Below are positions 1 through 14,590 of a stretch of 64,000 nucleotides of DNA, one piece after another (the stretch's first letter is position 1; every line of letters begins with the position of its first letter). The notes below the pieces were generated by a model. That model ran no database searches, had not been told where the DNA came from, and saw nothing but the letters and a program-made list of their open reading frames with translations. The translations under genes and the position numbers were made by a program. This stretch comes from Octopus vulgaris (taxonomy: Eukaryota). The stretch is from contig OX597833.1 in NCBI GenBank assembly GCA_951406725.2, positions 48,422,001 through 48,486,000 on the forward strand, read 5' to 3'.

Positions 1-349
1 TCCTTTCATTTGATGTGTTGCAGCAGAGTCGTACGACTTCTTTTGTCATATGTTCTCAGTTATCAAAGAGTGTTGCTCAAGGAGCTGCCTTCCAAGTCTT
101 ATGATGTTATCAGCTTCATGTATGCAAACTTGGTCAAGGGATGCACTTTGAAGGGATATAATGCAACATTCAAAGGCATTTTTGGGCCTTCTTTCGATAT
201 GAGTCCCATTTACATCACGTGTATTTGTTTACATCTGAAGAAGAAGATTGTCACTTTCTGTAAAATTTTAATTTTTTTTATATATGTGGGGTTAGGGTTA
301 GGGTTTAGGGTGGGGGGAAGGGTATCTTTTTACTTCAGAAATGTAAACA

Positions 350-756
350 GCGCAGGAGTGGCTGTGTTAGGCGCAGGAGTGGCTGTGTGGTAAGTAGCTT
401 GCTAACCAACCACATGGTTCCGGGTTCAGTCCCACTGCGTGGCATCTTGGGCAAGTGTCTTCTGCTATAGCCCCGGGCCGACCAATGCCTTGTGAGTGGA
501 TTTGGTAGATGGAAACTGAAAGAAGCCTGTCGTATATATGTATATATATCTATATGTATGTGTGTGTTTGTGTTTGTCCCCCTAGTATTGCTTGACAACC
601 GATGCTGGTGTGTTTACGTCCCCGTGACTTAGCGGTTCGGCAAAAAGAGACCGATAGAATAAGTACTGAGCTTACAAAGAATGAGTCCCGGGGTCGATTT
701 GCTCGACTAAAGGCGGTGCTCCAGCATGGCCGCAGTCAAATGACTGAAACAAGTGA
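350..756 (+). mobile_element. tRNA-derived SINE family A (internal TA/TG microsatellite)
   Basis: Head GCAGGAGTGGCTGTGTGGTAAG..GGTTCAGTCCC (A/B-box-like), tail GACTGAAACAAGT; about 20 copies in the window. Confidence 0.85.
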
Positions 757-1142
757 AAAAAAAATACCCACGTGGGTTTATAAGTGACAGTTATGTTACT
801 AGTGCCGAATGATCGCCCATTTTTGATTGATGTTAAGTCTCTGTCGCCTTGATTCCGTTTTAGATAGAGATGGTCAACATCACTGATTATGCGGAAATTA
901 TGTGTGCCTGTTAGTATTTTTCGAGTTTTCACATTAATGGCTCGGATCTCATCAAGCGTCCAATCAAGCAGCCTAAATGTTGTATGTATGTATGAATGTA
1001 TGTATGTATGTATGTTTGTATATATGTATGTATGTATGTATGTTTGTATGTATGTATGTATGTATATATGTATGTATGTATGTATGTATGAATGTATATA
1101 TGAATGTATGTATGTATGTATGTATGTATGTATGTATGAATG

Positions 1143-1176
<34 letters not shown>

Positions 1177-1344
1177 TGTATGTATGTATGTATGTATGTG
1201 TGTGTATGTATGTATGTATGTATGTATGTATGTATGTCTGTATATATGTATGTATATATGTATGTATGTATATATGTATGTATGTATTATGTATGTATGT
1301 ATGTATGTGTCTATTCTTTCTTTCTTTTCTTTTCTTTTATTCTT

Positions 1345-1532
1345 TTACTTGTTTCAGTCATTTGACTGTGGCCATGCTGGAGCACCGCTTTTAGTCGAGC
1401 AAATCGACCTCAGGAGTTATTCTTTGGATGCCTAGTACTTATTCTATCAGTCTCTCTTGCCAAACCGCTAAGTTACAGGGACGTAAACACACCAGTATCG
1501 GTTGTTGGTGGGGGACAGACACACAAACACAT

Positions 1533-1579
<47 letters not shown>

Positions 1580-1740
1580 TATAACGGGCTTCTTTCAGTT
1601 TCCGTCTACCAAATCCACTCCCAAGGCTTTGGTCGGCCCGAAGCTATAGTAGAAGACACTTGCCCAAGGTGCCACGCAATGGGACTGAACCCGGAACCAT
1701 GTGGTTCGTAAGCTAGCTACTTACCACACAGCCACTCCTA
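1345..1740 (-). mobile_element. SINE family A
   Basis: Reverse complement of the copy at 350. Confidence 0.85.
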
Positions 1741-1951
1741 CACCTACATATGTAAAGAAATGAAATGGAAAATGCACTTGAAGATATTAGGAAGATAATT
1801 TCAAGGACTTAACTGGTTATTGCACCATAAGCGAAGGCGGTGTTGACACTGTGTCTTGTAATTCTGCTCAAGGGGAAAAAAGAACGGATTTTCCTGAGTG
1901 CGTGTGTGTATGTACATATATGTTTTATGTATGTATGTATGTATGTATGTG

Positions 1952-1985
<34 letters not shown>

Positions 1986-2043
1986 TGTATGTAGAATGAA
2001 TGTATGTATGTATGTATGTATGTATGTATGTATGTGATGTATA

Positions 2044-2074
<31 letters not shown>

Positions 2075-2739
2075 TGTATGTATGTATGTATGTATGTATG
2101 TATGTATGTATGTAGTATGTATGTATATATGTATGTATGTAAAAATGTATACGGTAACGTCCTTTATCATTATTGTATATATAATATAATGCAAACGTGT
2201 AGCTTTTTTGTGTATTTTGTTTGCAGAAAATAAAGAAATAACAGTAAAAACAGTAATAACGTTTAATAAATGTTGCTTACTGCAAGTTATGGATGATTCT
2301 TTTATGACTTCATTGCTTTCAGGCTTAGCTTAAGGTATTTTCGTGCCCGGCATCACAAAATGCGTCTGAATAAACATTGCTGGACAACAAATAGAGACTC
2401 GGACATTGCTTAGGAAATAATTTTCATTTTTAACCTCGTATATACTACACTCGCGGAGTGGTTGGCGTTAGGAAGGGCATCCAGCCGTAGAAACACTGCC
2501 AGATCTGACTGGGCCTGACGAAGCCTTCCAGCTTCACAGACCCCAGTTGACCCGTCCAACCCATGCTAGCATGGAAATCGGACGCTAAACGATGATGATG
2601 ATGATGATGATGATATAGTACACACTAGGGATTTTGACCTTCAAATTTTGGGGAAAAATGCGGGTTATACTCGAGGATTTACGGTATGATTTTAAAGTCT
2701 GGTACTTATTCTATCGCTCTCTTTGCTGAGCCGCTAGGG

Positions 2740-3349
2740 CGATCTTTCGTTTGTAGTAGCACGTTTCCGTCAATGATTTCCGTAAAAAACTTTTATTTTT
2801 TTACATATAGGCTTGCGGGAACATTTGAAGTAATGAGAGCGAAAGAGACTAAGAGGAAGCGATTTTATGACGAGGGAATTTCTTTTTGAAGTTACCGAAG
2901 CACATATACACATACACCGAGTAAAAAATTACGCTGAATCGGCCATACATACATACACACACACATACTTACACACACATACATAGATACATACACACAC
3001 ACACATACATGCAGACATACATATACACATACACCGAGTAAAAGTTACACTCAATCGGCCATACATACACACATACATTCAGACATACATATACACATAC
3101 ACCGAGTAAAAAATTACACTGAATCGGCCATACATACATACACACACACATACATAGATACATACACACACACATACATAGATACATACACACACACACA
3201 TACATGCATACATACATATACACATATACCGAGTAAAAAATTTCAATTCTCTCTCTTTCACACATTACTCTCTCTGTCTCTTCACACACACTAACAGAAG
3301 CATTTCACTTACACAACATACTGTCTGTCTCCCACACCCCATCAAACAC

Positions 3350-3384
<35 letters not shown>

Positions 3385-3556
3385 TGTACATCAATACTTC
3401 GGTAACTTCAAAAGAAATTCCCTCGTCATAAAATCGCTTCCTCTTAGTCTCTTTCGCTCTCATTACTTTAAATGTTCCCGCAAGCCCATATGTAAAAAAA
3501 TAAAAGTTTTTTACGGAAATCATCGACGGAAACGTGCTACTACAAACGAAAGATCG
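2740..3556. mobile_element. Long-TIR fold-back/MITE element with an internal minisatellite
   Basis: About 160 bp near-perfect inverted arms (2740-2900 and 3398-3556); internal CCGAGTAAAAAATTACACT units. Confidence 0.8.
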
Positions 3557-3702
3557 ACATATTCACATACACACACATACACACATATATCATTATCATC
3601 ATCATCGTTTAACGTCCACTTTCCGTGCTAGCATGGGTTGGACGATTTGACTGAGGACTGGCGCATGCTAGCATGGAAAGCATGTATATATATATATATA
3701 TA

Positions 3703-3929
3703 TTTCTTTACTACCCACAAGGGGCTAAACATAGAAGGGACAAACAAGGACAGACAAACGGATTAAATCGATTACATCGACCCCCAGTGAACTGGTACTT
3801 AATTTATCGACCCCAAAAGGATGAAAGGCAAAGTCGACCTCGGCGGAATTTGAACTCAGAATGTAGCGGCAGACAAAATACCGCTAAGCATTTCGCCCGG
3901 CATGCTAACGTTTCTGCCAGCTTGCCGCC
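3703..3929 (-). mobile_element. SINE family B
   Basis: Reverse strand GGCGGCAAGCTGGCAGAAACGTTAGC..GAGTTCAAATTCC (B-box)..AAAGAAATA; more than 12 copies in the window. Confidence 0.8.
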
Positions 3930-3944
3930 TTGTATATAAGCATG

Positions 3945-4903
3945 TATACATACATACATACATACATACATACATACATACATACATACATACATACATA
4001 CATACATACATACATACATACATACATACATACATACATACATACATACATACATACATACATACATACATACATACATACATACATACATACATACATA
4101 CATACATACATACATACATACATACATACATACATACATACATACATACATACATACATACATACATACATACATACATACATACATACATACATACATA
4201 CATACATACATACATACATACATACATACATACATACATACATACATACATACATACATACATACATACATACATACATACATACATACATACATACATA
4301 CATACATACATACATACATACATACATACATACATACATACATACATACATACATACATACATACATACATACATACATACATACATACATACATACATA
4401 CATACATACATACATACATACATACATACATACATACATACATACATACATACATACATACATACATACATACATACATACATACATACATACATACATA
4501 CATACATACATACATACATACATACATACATACATACATACATACATACATACATACATACATACATACATACATACATACATACATACATACATACATA
4601 CATACATACATACATACATACATACATACATACATACATACATACATACATACATACATACATACATACATACATACATACATACATACATACATACATA
4701 CATACATACATACATACATACATACATACATACATACATACATACATACATACATACATACATACATACATACATACATACATACATACATACATACATA
4801 CATACATACATACATACATACATACATACATGTATGTATACATACATACATACATACATACATACATACATACATACATACATACATACATACATACATA
4901 CAT
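3945..4903. repeat. (TACA)n microsatellite, about 960 bp
   Basis: Direct; (TATG)n tracts also at 985-1310 and 1925-2140. Confidence 0.98.
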
Positions 4904-4909
4904 ACTTAC

Positions 4910-5061
4910 CCAGCGAACTTCCACCATGGGTCATCACAATTGCTTAAGGTAAAAATGAATTCTCGCTCTTTCGGAAACATCAATCTTCTGTATTGACCGC
5001 TTTCCACCACTTTGATCTGTTTTTTGTATTGAATACGTATCGCCACCGTGGGCCACTGCAT
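4910..5061 (-). CDS. Candidate first coding exon of an unidentified divergent gene
   Basis: Unique, higher-complexity island. ATG preceded by an in-frame stop, 50 open codons MQWPTVAIRIQYKKQIKVVESGQYRRLMFPKEREFIFTLSNCDDPWWKFA, then a consensus donor TGG|GTAAGT. No partner exon found. Confidence 0.3.
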
Positions 5062-5338
5062 CGAACACTTTGAACATATACTTCAAACTATATATCAACT
5101 ATACATGAACTATATATCAACTATACATGAACTATATATCAACTATACATGAACTCTAAGATGTCTGACTCCGTTGTGTATTATAAATGAATTTCTTGTG
5201 TTTGACGGCATGAGCCGTCTCTTTTTATATATAACTTTTTTTGATAAGGTTCATTTCAGGAACTGAAACATGTTATAATGTATATATAAAAATTAAAAAT
5301 TGTATAATACAGCAGCATTTTCGAACTTCATTTTTTAC

Positions 5339-5374
<36 letters not shown>

Positions 5375-5994
5375 ATATGCAGGTATATATTCTTGTGTAT
5401 AGGTCTAATAACATGTCACTCAAAGTCTCTGTGTCCTTGAGTGTGCTAGAAGACCATAAATAATCTTTGAAAAAGATTTGAAATCAGGCTTAATGCATTT
5501 AGTAACTAACTAAACAAATCTTGAGCCAGGTCTAACTCTATTCTTTCTTCAATAACGTTGCTCTGGGTAAGTTAGTACAAGGATTCGTCTCTCAGTTCCC
5601 CTGCCAAGCTGTGATCAATCTATTAATCTTCGTTACTAAATGATATGCTAATCAAATGCTTTCCTTCTTACCATTTGTATGAAATGTGTGTTTTATTTAT
5701 TTCGTGCTCTTTGTAAGTAAAGATAAGTTGAGCAACTAAACTTGCTTATCAGCAGGTCGTGTGTACACGTTTATTTATTTACTATATAAATGACTGATAA
5801 CTCTGTCTGAAAAAAAAATTGTCCTAAAATTGGGCCGAAATATGTAGATTTGGCTAATTTAAGTTTACTTGTGCAATTTAAGTCTACAAGCTGGCAGAGT
5901 TGTTAACATGCACAGTGAAAGCTTTGCAGCATTTGGTCTGTCTCTACATTCTGAGTTCAAATTCAGCCAAGGTTGTCTTTGCCTTGTCTTTGTA

Positions 5995-6397
5995 GGCGTA
6001 GGAGTGGCTGTGTGGTAAGTAGCTTGCTTACAAACCACATGGTTCAGGGTTCAGTCCCACTGCGTGGCACCTTGGGCAAGTGTCTTCTACTATAGCCTCG
6101 GGCCGACCAAAGCCTTGTGAGTGGATTTGGTAGACGGAAACTGAAAGAAACCCATCGTATATATGTGTGTGTGTATATGTTTGTGTGTCTGTTTGTCCCC
6201 CCCCCAACATCGCTTGACAACCAATGTTGGTGTGTTTATGCCCCCGTAACTTAGCGGTTCGGCAAAAGAGACCGATAGAATAAGTAGTAGGCTTACAAAG
6301 AATAAGTCCAGGGGGTCGATTTGCCCGACTAAAGGCAGTGCTCCAGCATGGCCGCAGTCAAATGACTGAAACAAGTAAAAGAATAAAAGAATAAAAG
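5995..6397 (+). mobile_element. SINE family A
   Basis: Full copy with (AAAAGAAT)n-like tail. Confidence 0.85.
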
Positions 6398-6667
6398 AAT
6401 TCCATCCAGTGGATGGAGAAAATGAAACATGAAAGGAAATAACTTCTTTGGGTTGTTTAAACATTTGTCTCAATGACAACCCGTATCTGAAATCCAGCTG
6501 AAAAAAAAGTAAAATAAATAAGGAAAAAGGAGAAAGTTTGCAGGCACAATATTTGTCATTTGAATTACAAAATGGTATCTATTTCTCTTTGCTCCTATCT
6601 TATCTTGAAACACATTTTCTTTTATAAATTATGAGTAAAATGCTATCCAGTATTATTTGATATAATA

Positions 6668-7046
6668 CTAGCAGTATCGCCCGGTGTTGCTCAGGTATAA
6701 GCATTTTTAGAGTTATAGCCAAAAAATAGCAAAAAAAAATGCATTAAAAATGGAAAAAAAATTATGGTAAATTTTTTTTTTAATCGTTGACTCATCGTAG
6801 ACATTTTTAGAGAGTTACTTCCCTTATATAATAGCGCAAAAAATGCATTAAAATGAAAAAAATGATGGTAAATTATTTTTTAAATCGTAGACTCATCGTA
6901 GACGCGCACTATTACCCAGAAGGGCTCGATATGAATCACGACTATAAGATACCCGGTTTAAGTTAAACTGCACCGCAAAATGTGGGAGTAGTTAGGAATC
7001 TAAATCGTAGGAGACAGACACACAACTTGACTTTTATATATAAAGA
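6668..7046 (-). mobile_element. Non-autonomous Helitron-like element
   Basis: Reverse strand: A|TCTTTATATATAAAAG...GAGCAACACCGGGCGATACTGCTAG|T; TC/CTAG ends at an AT site, no TSD. Confidence 0.7.
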
Positions 7047-7499
7047 TTTGATGTCCAAAACATAATATTTATTATGTGATTCCTTCAGAGTATAGGTTGA
7101 GAATTTAAGATTCATTATACAGCTTCTGTTAAGCTTGGCTCTTTGATGACTGTTCGTCGTCAGGGGTCAGTGTAACATGCCTAGGACGGCCTCTGTTCAG
7201 TGGTTGAGCTACCTAAACGGGGCTATCATTATCAAGATGGGCTGGTTTCAAACTATCGATAGAAACCGTGTCCTGTCGTCCCCCGAGCGGGAGTTGAAGT
7301 GACTTGTCCCCTGGGTGAATCACTTTGTATGGTTCATCATAAGGTGCATCACGACGAACGAAAACGAACTTTGCCTTGTGGAGGTCACTCGGTACAGAGG
7401 GTCCAGGTTGACCTAGCAGTAGGGTTCAACTGGTCCATGTTGTCTGTCAGTTGTTCAAGATATCTTTTACCATCCGGGTCTGACTTTGTCTTTGGAATG

Positions 7500-7780
7500 A
7501 ATTCTCTCGCCACCACAAGTGAGGCTCTGCACCAATTTGAGGGTACGGTAAACTTTTATCGTCGTTCCATCCCCTCTGCAGCAAGGTTGATGAGACGGGG
7601 GTCTCATCTATCGTACAAGGCGCTATCAGGGAAAAGTAAATAAATATAAGAAAAACAGGTGAAATGGGACAGTTCAATGACCTCAGCCTTCGAATCCACA
7701 CAAAAAAGCCCTTTACAGCAACCGTGCTTTTCCGTCCTCATACGTCCACAATTGACCGCACTCACAATGGATGTTTAATA
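7500..7780 (+). mobile_element. Decayed Ty3/gypsy RT-RNaseH fragment
   Basis: LHQFEGTVNFYRRSIPSAA resembles the gypsy motif LxxFLGxxNFYRRFIP; followed by YKALSGK and KWDSSMTSAF. Confidence 0.65.
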
Positions 7781-8321
7781 CACAATAAACAACACTTCAT
7801 CACATGAAGTTTGGGTCACCCCTCTTAGCTTTTGCTAAGTTATACATAAAACTAACCACAAACAAGGATATGTTGAAGTGTTGTTCCTTGTATAACTAAG
7901 CATCTATAACATGAGAGAGGGAGTGATCCAGTAATACATAAAAATCCTTGACTCTTTCCTGTCTGACTGGAAATTCCTTTTCTTCCGAGCAGTTCCTTAA
8001 CTAGTCAGCAACAAATGTCCACGTCTATAGTTTGTCTCTTACGAGTTTACGGGCAATGCTCTACAATAATATATTTTGGGAAGACTATCGCGAGCAAAAT
8101 GCTTCTGATGTTACTAACCTGACAACTAACGGACAACTTGAACAAGTGGCAGTGTTCTGATGTTTCTAATAAAACTTAATGACTTTCAATAAACTTTGCT
8201 GAGTTAGCCTTACTTTTCGTTTTCCTTTTTATGAATTTTTCATATTGTACAGGTAATTTATGGACACCCTGTATATAAACCTTATAAAATGTAACATTTT
8301 TTTTTATTCAAGAAACAATGT

Positions 8322-8739
8322 GGATCTTTTTGGTTTGAACGGCAGTTTTTTCTAGCGGTGTCATTTGAAATTCTCACCCATAATTATGACCCTAGTATCG
8401 ATCTATTGCCTTTCAATCTGTTTTAGGGTTAGGGTTAGGGGTGGGGGAAAGGGCATCTTTTATTCTTCACAAATGTAAATAAACTCAATCTGTTTCTTAA
8501 ACGAGGGACATATTCATACGGCACAGAATGTTTTCACCTCAATAGACGGTCATTGATTGGTTGGAATTGCAGGAATTGAAGAAAACGAACAACAAATATC
8601 TTACAAGCTATAGAATTTTCTCAATAAAGCCAAAAGAAAAAGATGTTTTATAAACACATTCTACCAGTATACGAAGTTTAAAAGTGTTTAGTTACGTGGA
8701 AATTATTTTAAAAAACTGCCGTTCAAACTGAAAAGATTC
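8322..8739. mobile_element. MITE with TIRs of about 28 bp containing (TTAGGG)3
   Basis: ATCTTTT..GTTTGAACGGCAGTTTTTT / AAAAAACTGCCGTTCAAAC..AAAAGAT; related fragment at 290-347. Confidence 0.75.
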
Positions 8740-8796
8740 AATATTTTTTATATTGTAACAGAATCAAAATATTTATTTTTCTTCTTCTTTTTGTAG

Positions 8797-8931
8797 CAAA
8801 AGTTGAAAGAAGAGCGAGAAAGCAAACGAAAACAATTGGACGACCGTCATTGGTATATTTTACAAACAGTTGCAGATTGTCTTCAACTGGACAAATTAGA
8901 TGTTGAGGAAAGTATCCTTGAAGGAACACAG
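8797..8931 (+). CDS. DNAH5: Axonemal dynein heavy chain (DNAH5-like) exon A, phase 0/0
   Basis: ttgtag|CAA...CAG|gtagat. Encodes QKLKEERESKRKQLDDRHWYILQTVADCLQLDKLDVEESILEGTQ, matching the recalled DNAH5 N-terminus (QRLKGEKEAKR...EDAILEGNQ). Confidence 0.9.
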
Positions 8932-9408
8932 GTAGATTTGCTATTGAATGCAGTTTCAACCATTTACATACTTAAACCTTGATTTGTTCAACATACGGTG
9001 ATATGAAGCAAGTATTGTATCTGACGTGTGTATATGCGTGTGTGTGTATGTATATGCATGTATGTGTATCTATCTATCTATCTATCTGGTGCTTATTTTA
9101 TCGATCCCAAAAGGATAAATGGCAATGTCTACTTCAGCAGAATTTGAACTCAGAACGTGAAGACAGACGAAATGCCACTAAGCATTTTGTCCGGCATGCT
9201 AACGATTCTGCCAGCTTGCTGTCTTTAAAGCTATAAATAATAGGAGGTAAAAATATTAGGTTGAGTAACCCTTAGGATAAAAGAAATATCGAAGGCAGCC
9301 TTCAACTTTTTTTTTATCCAAAAGGACTTTTCAACCCAATATCTACATGCTATTATTTAAAGTTGTATGTGCTTTGAGATCCACTGTTTCTAATATATAT
9401 ACAAGCAC

Positions 9409-9456
<48 letters not shown>

Positions 9457-9673
9457 AATGAAGGATAAAATTTTTTTCGAAAAAAATATTCTTTTCCCAA
9501 AAAAATTCTATCAATGGCCAGCATATCAAAAAATACCTTTAGAGGTTAAATTTATAAACAATTCATAATTATGGGCAAACGAAAACATTTCTAATGCCAG
9601 ATATGCCGAAAAATTGGACATATTGTCCATTAACCATATAATTTTATAATTATATATATAATTAAATTTTATA

Positions 9674-9717
<44 letters not shown>

Positions 9718-10622
9718 TGGCCTGCTTGCTTAGCCAGCGGGGTGGCATCATTTGAAGGCTAAAGCGCATTGTGACCAGCGATGTGTAGCAACATCTGATA
9801 GCCTGGTCAGTCACGGTGATATATATAAATGCACACACACACACACACACACATACACATATATATATATATATATAAATTGGCCTGCTCGCTTAGCCAG
9901 CAGTGGCGTCATTTGAAGGCTAAAACAATGCGAAGCGCATTGTGACCAGCGATGTGTAGCACACACACACATACACACACAAAGGATAAAATGTCAGGAG
10001 GTACAAATGATGATTATATTTAGTTAACCACTTGACCTTACAATGAATTCCCATTTTATACTTATGCATGTATGTGTGTGTGTGTGTTTATATGTATAGA
10101 ATGTTTCATATTGATAGATCGTATTGTATTTGTAATTTACAAGATTGCGCCATTCACTTCCCACTCCTCCTCCACACTCTCTAATCATGCTTCTTCTTTC
10201 ACAATATCCTGCCACTTAATATTATGACGTTTGAACCTCAAGGGTAAGCCCCGGTACTTCGCCACTATCTATATCTCTCTCTTCTTTTACTCAGCCATCC
10301 CATTTTTTATTTTGATCCTCGTCCCCTTTGAGTAAGCCGGCACTTTTCCACCATCCCTGTCTGTTATCTCCCACTCTCTCTCTCTCTCTTTCTCTTACTC
10401 TTTCCTCAAGTTGGGTAACCCCGTATCTCCCTTGCAGTAGCACACCAGTTTCTGTCTTCATTCCCTCTCTCTCTCTCTCCCTCTCCCTCTCTCTCTCCCT
10501 CCTCTCTCCCTCTCTCTCTCTCTCCAGCCAAGTACCCTTGTACTTCCTCTACAGCAAGACACCTGTTTCTGTCTCTCTGTCTCACTATAACCTTTCATCA
10601 TCTGACGCAAGATCACCTCCTC

Positions 10623-11101
10623 AAGGCGGTGAGCTGGCAGAAACGTTAGCACGCCGGGCGAAATGCATAGTGGTATTTCGTCTGCCGTTACGTTCTGAGT
10701 TCAAATTCTGCCGAGGTCGACTTTACCTTTCATCCTTTCGTGGTTGATAAATTAAATACCTATTTCTTTATTACCCACAAGGGGCTAAACACAGAGGGGA
10801 CAAACAAGGACAGACATAGGTATTAAGTCGATTACATCGACCCCAGTGCTTACCTGGTACTTAATTTATCGACCCCGAAAGGATGAAAGGCAAAGTCGAC
10901 CTCGGTGGAATTTGAACTCACAACGTAACGCAGACGAAATACCGCTAAGCATTTCGCCCGGCGTGCTAACGTTTCTGCCAGCTCGCTCGCCTGATAAATT
11001 AAATATCGGTTACGCACTGGGGTCGATGTAATCGACTTAATCCCTTTTTCTGTCCTTGTTTGTCCCCTCTATATTTAGCCCCTTGTGGGCAATAAAGAAG
11101 T
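10623..11101. mobile_element. SINE B (+) with a second SINE B (-) nested at 10759-10991
   Basis: Outer TSD AAGATCACCTCCTC; inner TSD TGATAAATTAAATA (10745-10758 and 10992-11005). Confidence 0.85.
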
Positions 11102-11363
11102 AAGATCACCTCCTCCAATGCCCTCTCCCTCCTCAAAAGATTTTTTTCTTTGCCTGGCATGGTACTTGGTGGTCCTGTTAGTGCTTGTGCCATGTGAAAA
11201 GCACTAAGTGCACTCTGCTCAGTGTTTGCTGTTAGGAAGGGCATCCAGCTGTAAAAATCCTGCCAAAACAGTCGCAATCACAGAAATCTGGAGTAGGCTT
11301 CGGCCTGGCCAGCTCTTGTCAAACCATCCCACCCATGCCAGCATGGAAGGTGGATGTTAAACA

Positions 11364-11408
11364 ATGATGATGATGATGATGATGATGGTGATGCTGCTGC
11401 TGCTGCAG

Positions 11409-11452
<44 letters not shown>

Positions 11453-11472
11453 GATGGTGATGATAATGCTGA

Positions 11473-11506
<34 letters not shown>

Positions 11507-11529
11507 GGTGATGATGGTGGTGATGATGG

Positions 11530-11596
<67 letters not shown>

Positions 11597-11662
11597 GGTG
11601 GTGGTGGTGGTGGTGGTGGTGCTGATGATGGTGGTGGTGGTGATGATGATGAGGATGATGAT
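11364..11662. repeat. (GAT/GGT)n compound microsatellite
   Basis: Direct; expanded tail of a family C copy. Confidence 0.95.
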
Positions 11663-11729
11663 GTGCGTACTTGTCACTTGCTTGTTATATTTCCAGCCAC
11701 AACTTGCGTTTAAAAGTGTCCCAACATTA

Positions 11730-11765
<36 letters not shown>

Positions 11766-11772
11766 GTATAAG

Positions 11773-12826
<1,054 letters not shown>

Positions 12827-12862
12827 GTAAATATAATATGTGATAATTATTCGGTAGCCATG

Positions 12863-12921
12863 ATAAAACTCTGAGTTTCGGATGTCAGGGTGGAAACCTA
12901 CACTGGCATGTCTTCAGTTAT
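12863..12921 (-). ncRNA. Degenerate hammerhead-like motif (related copy near 36972-37033, minus strand)
   Basis: Reverse strand: ATAA-CTGAAGA-...-GAAA-CTCAGAG-TT-TTAT; stem II register imperfect. Confidence 0.35.
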
Positions 12922-13066
12922 TGGGCCAGCATTTTTTGATGGCCTGACAACTTTAATAAAAGAAAGTATATTAGTCTACCTCTGGTATTTGAGTACTATT
13001 TTTCCTCACCTTGTTTTGTGTTTGTGTGCTTACTTGTGTGTGTATATGTATAAATATGTATATGTA

Positions 13067-13161
<95 letters not shown>

Positions 13162-13515
13162 ACAAAGGGTAAAATTAATTAATTAAGAAGTAATCAATAA
13201 TTTGGCATGAAAAAAGGACCATTTCATGGTAAACTTAAGTAATACTTAATAATTAGGGTTCAGCAAAGATTTGCTTTACCACATACCGAAGTTTAGAAAT
13301 AGCTATTTCTTCTACTTTAAAAAGGGACTCCCATGGATGACCAGATATAGATTGATTTGCTTTATTTTTCCTCTGCCCACGTGGATTGTTTTCAAGTATT
13401 TTGGTTTTTCTGGGAGTCCCTTTTTAAAGTAGAAGAAATAGCTAAGGTTTTTTGACTGCTATTTCTAAACTTCGGTATGTGGTAAAGCAAATCTTTGCTA
13501 AACCATAATTATTAA

Positions 13516-13557
<42 letters not shown>

Positions 13558-14055
13558 ACAAACTGAGGACAAGAAATCCTTCAAAGGGGTGTGTTAAACA
13601 ACCAATTCACTGGTACGTCAGTTGAATGCCAAATAAATATTGGCATAATGCAATTATAAAGATAAATTAACTAGTGAGATACCGTTGATAATCCAATAAT
13701 TTATTTATATGATAATATTTCATATGAATATAATATAATGTAACATAATATTATATAACACAAACAATTATTAGAACCACAGAAGGCCAACAAATTGTTT
13801 TGACTTATATATATTTTCCTGAAATACGTACGTAATAAAAGTTCCCTTATATATAAAGTCACCTGGGTGTCATGGTTTCAAAATAGACAAACTTCCGTGT
13901 GAAAGGACGGCTGGATTGTAAAAATTAATTATGTCGTGTAATATTATATTCATAGCATATCATGTAATATTACAATATAAATAAATTATTGGCTTGTCAG
14001 TAGTATCTCTCGATGCATCATATTAGTATCTTTATATGTATATAAATATATATAT

Positions 14056-14102
<47 letters not shown>

Positions 14103-14178
14103 CATCATCATTATCATTGTTTAACTTCTGTCTTCCATGCTGGCATATATATATATACATATATATATATATACATAC

Positions 14179-14224
<46 letters not shown>

Positions 14225-14228
14225 TGTA

Positions 14229-14267
<39 letters not shown>

Positions 14268-14590
14268 AACAAGTACAAACAAATAGAGACATGTTTATCC
14301 ATAGGTGTGACAACTGAACTTTGCCCTTTACAAATGATTAATTTTTTTTTTATCATTTATTAATTTTTTTTTTATCATTTATTTATTTATGTCTTCATTT
14401 ATTTATTTAATGGTCCAGAAAACAAAAACCCGCAGTGCCCATGACCATTTCCGGAGTGAAAGAGGTTGTAGTGGTGGTGGTCGTGGCAGTGGTGGAAGAA
14501 TGGAGTTATTGTTAACAGGAGAACTTGGCCTCAATTCTTGCAACAGAAGCACCCCAGGTGTTTATTGTTGCTAATGATATTTCATACATT

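Noticed and set aside
10-393. 127-aa ORF at the window start
   Set aside because: No recognisable motif; it runs into MITE and SINE sequence, and the minus frames have stops.
335-787. Recurrent peptides such as [29 protein letters not shown] and FLYYPQGAKHR
   Set aside because: Chance frames of SINE families A and B.
2281-2410. Second exon for the putative minus-strand gene (GTAAGC donor at 2280)
   Set aside because: All tested acceptor/frame combinations hit stops before the donor.
3804-4996. Long ORFs of [12 protein letters not shown], poly-I/M/D
   Set aside because: Translations of stop-free microsatellites (also at 11.3, 25, 36-38 and 44 kb); not genes.
5086-5155. 22-bp unit repeated three times
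   Set aside because: Ordinary short tandem duplication with no further support.
8423-8440. Telomere or interstitial fusion site (TTAGGG)3, also at 291-310
   Set aside because: Only about three units, embedded in a dispersed MITE.
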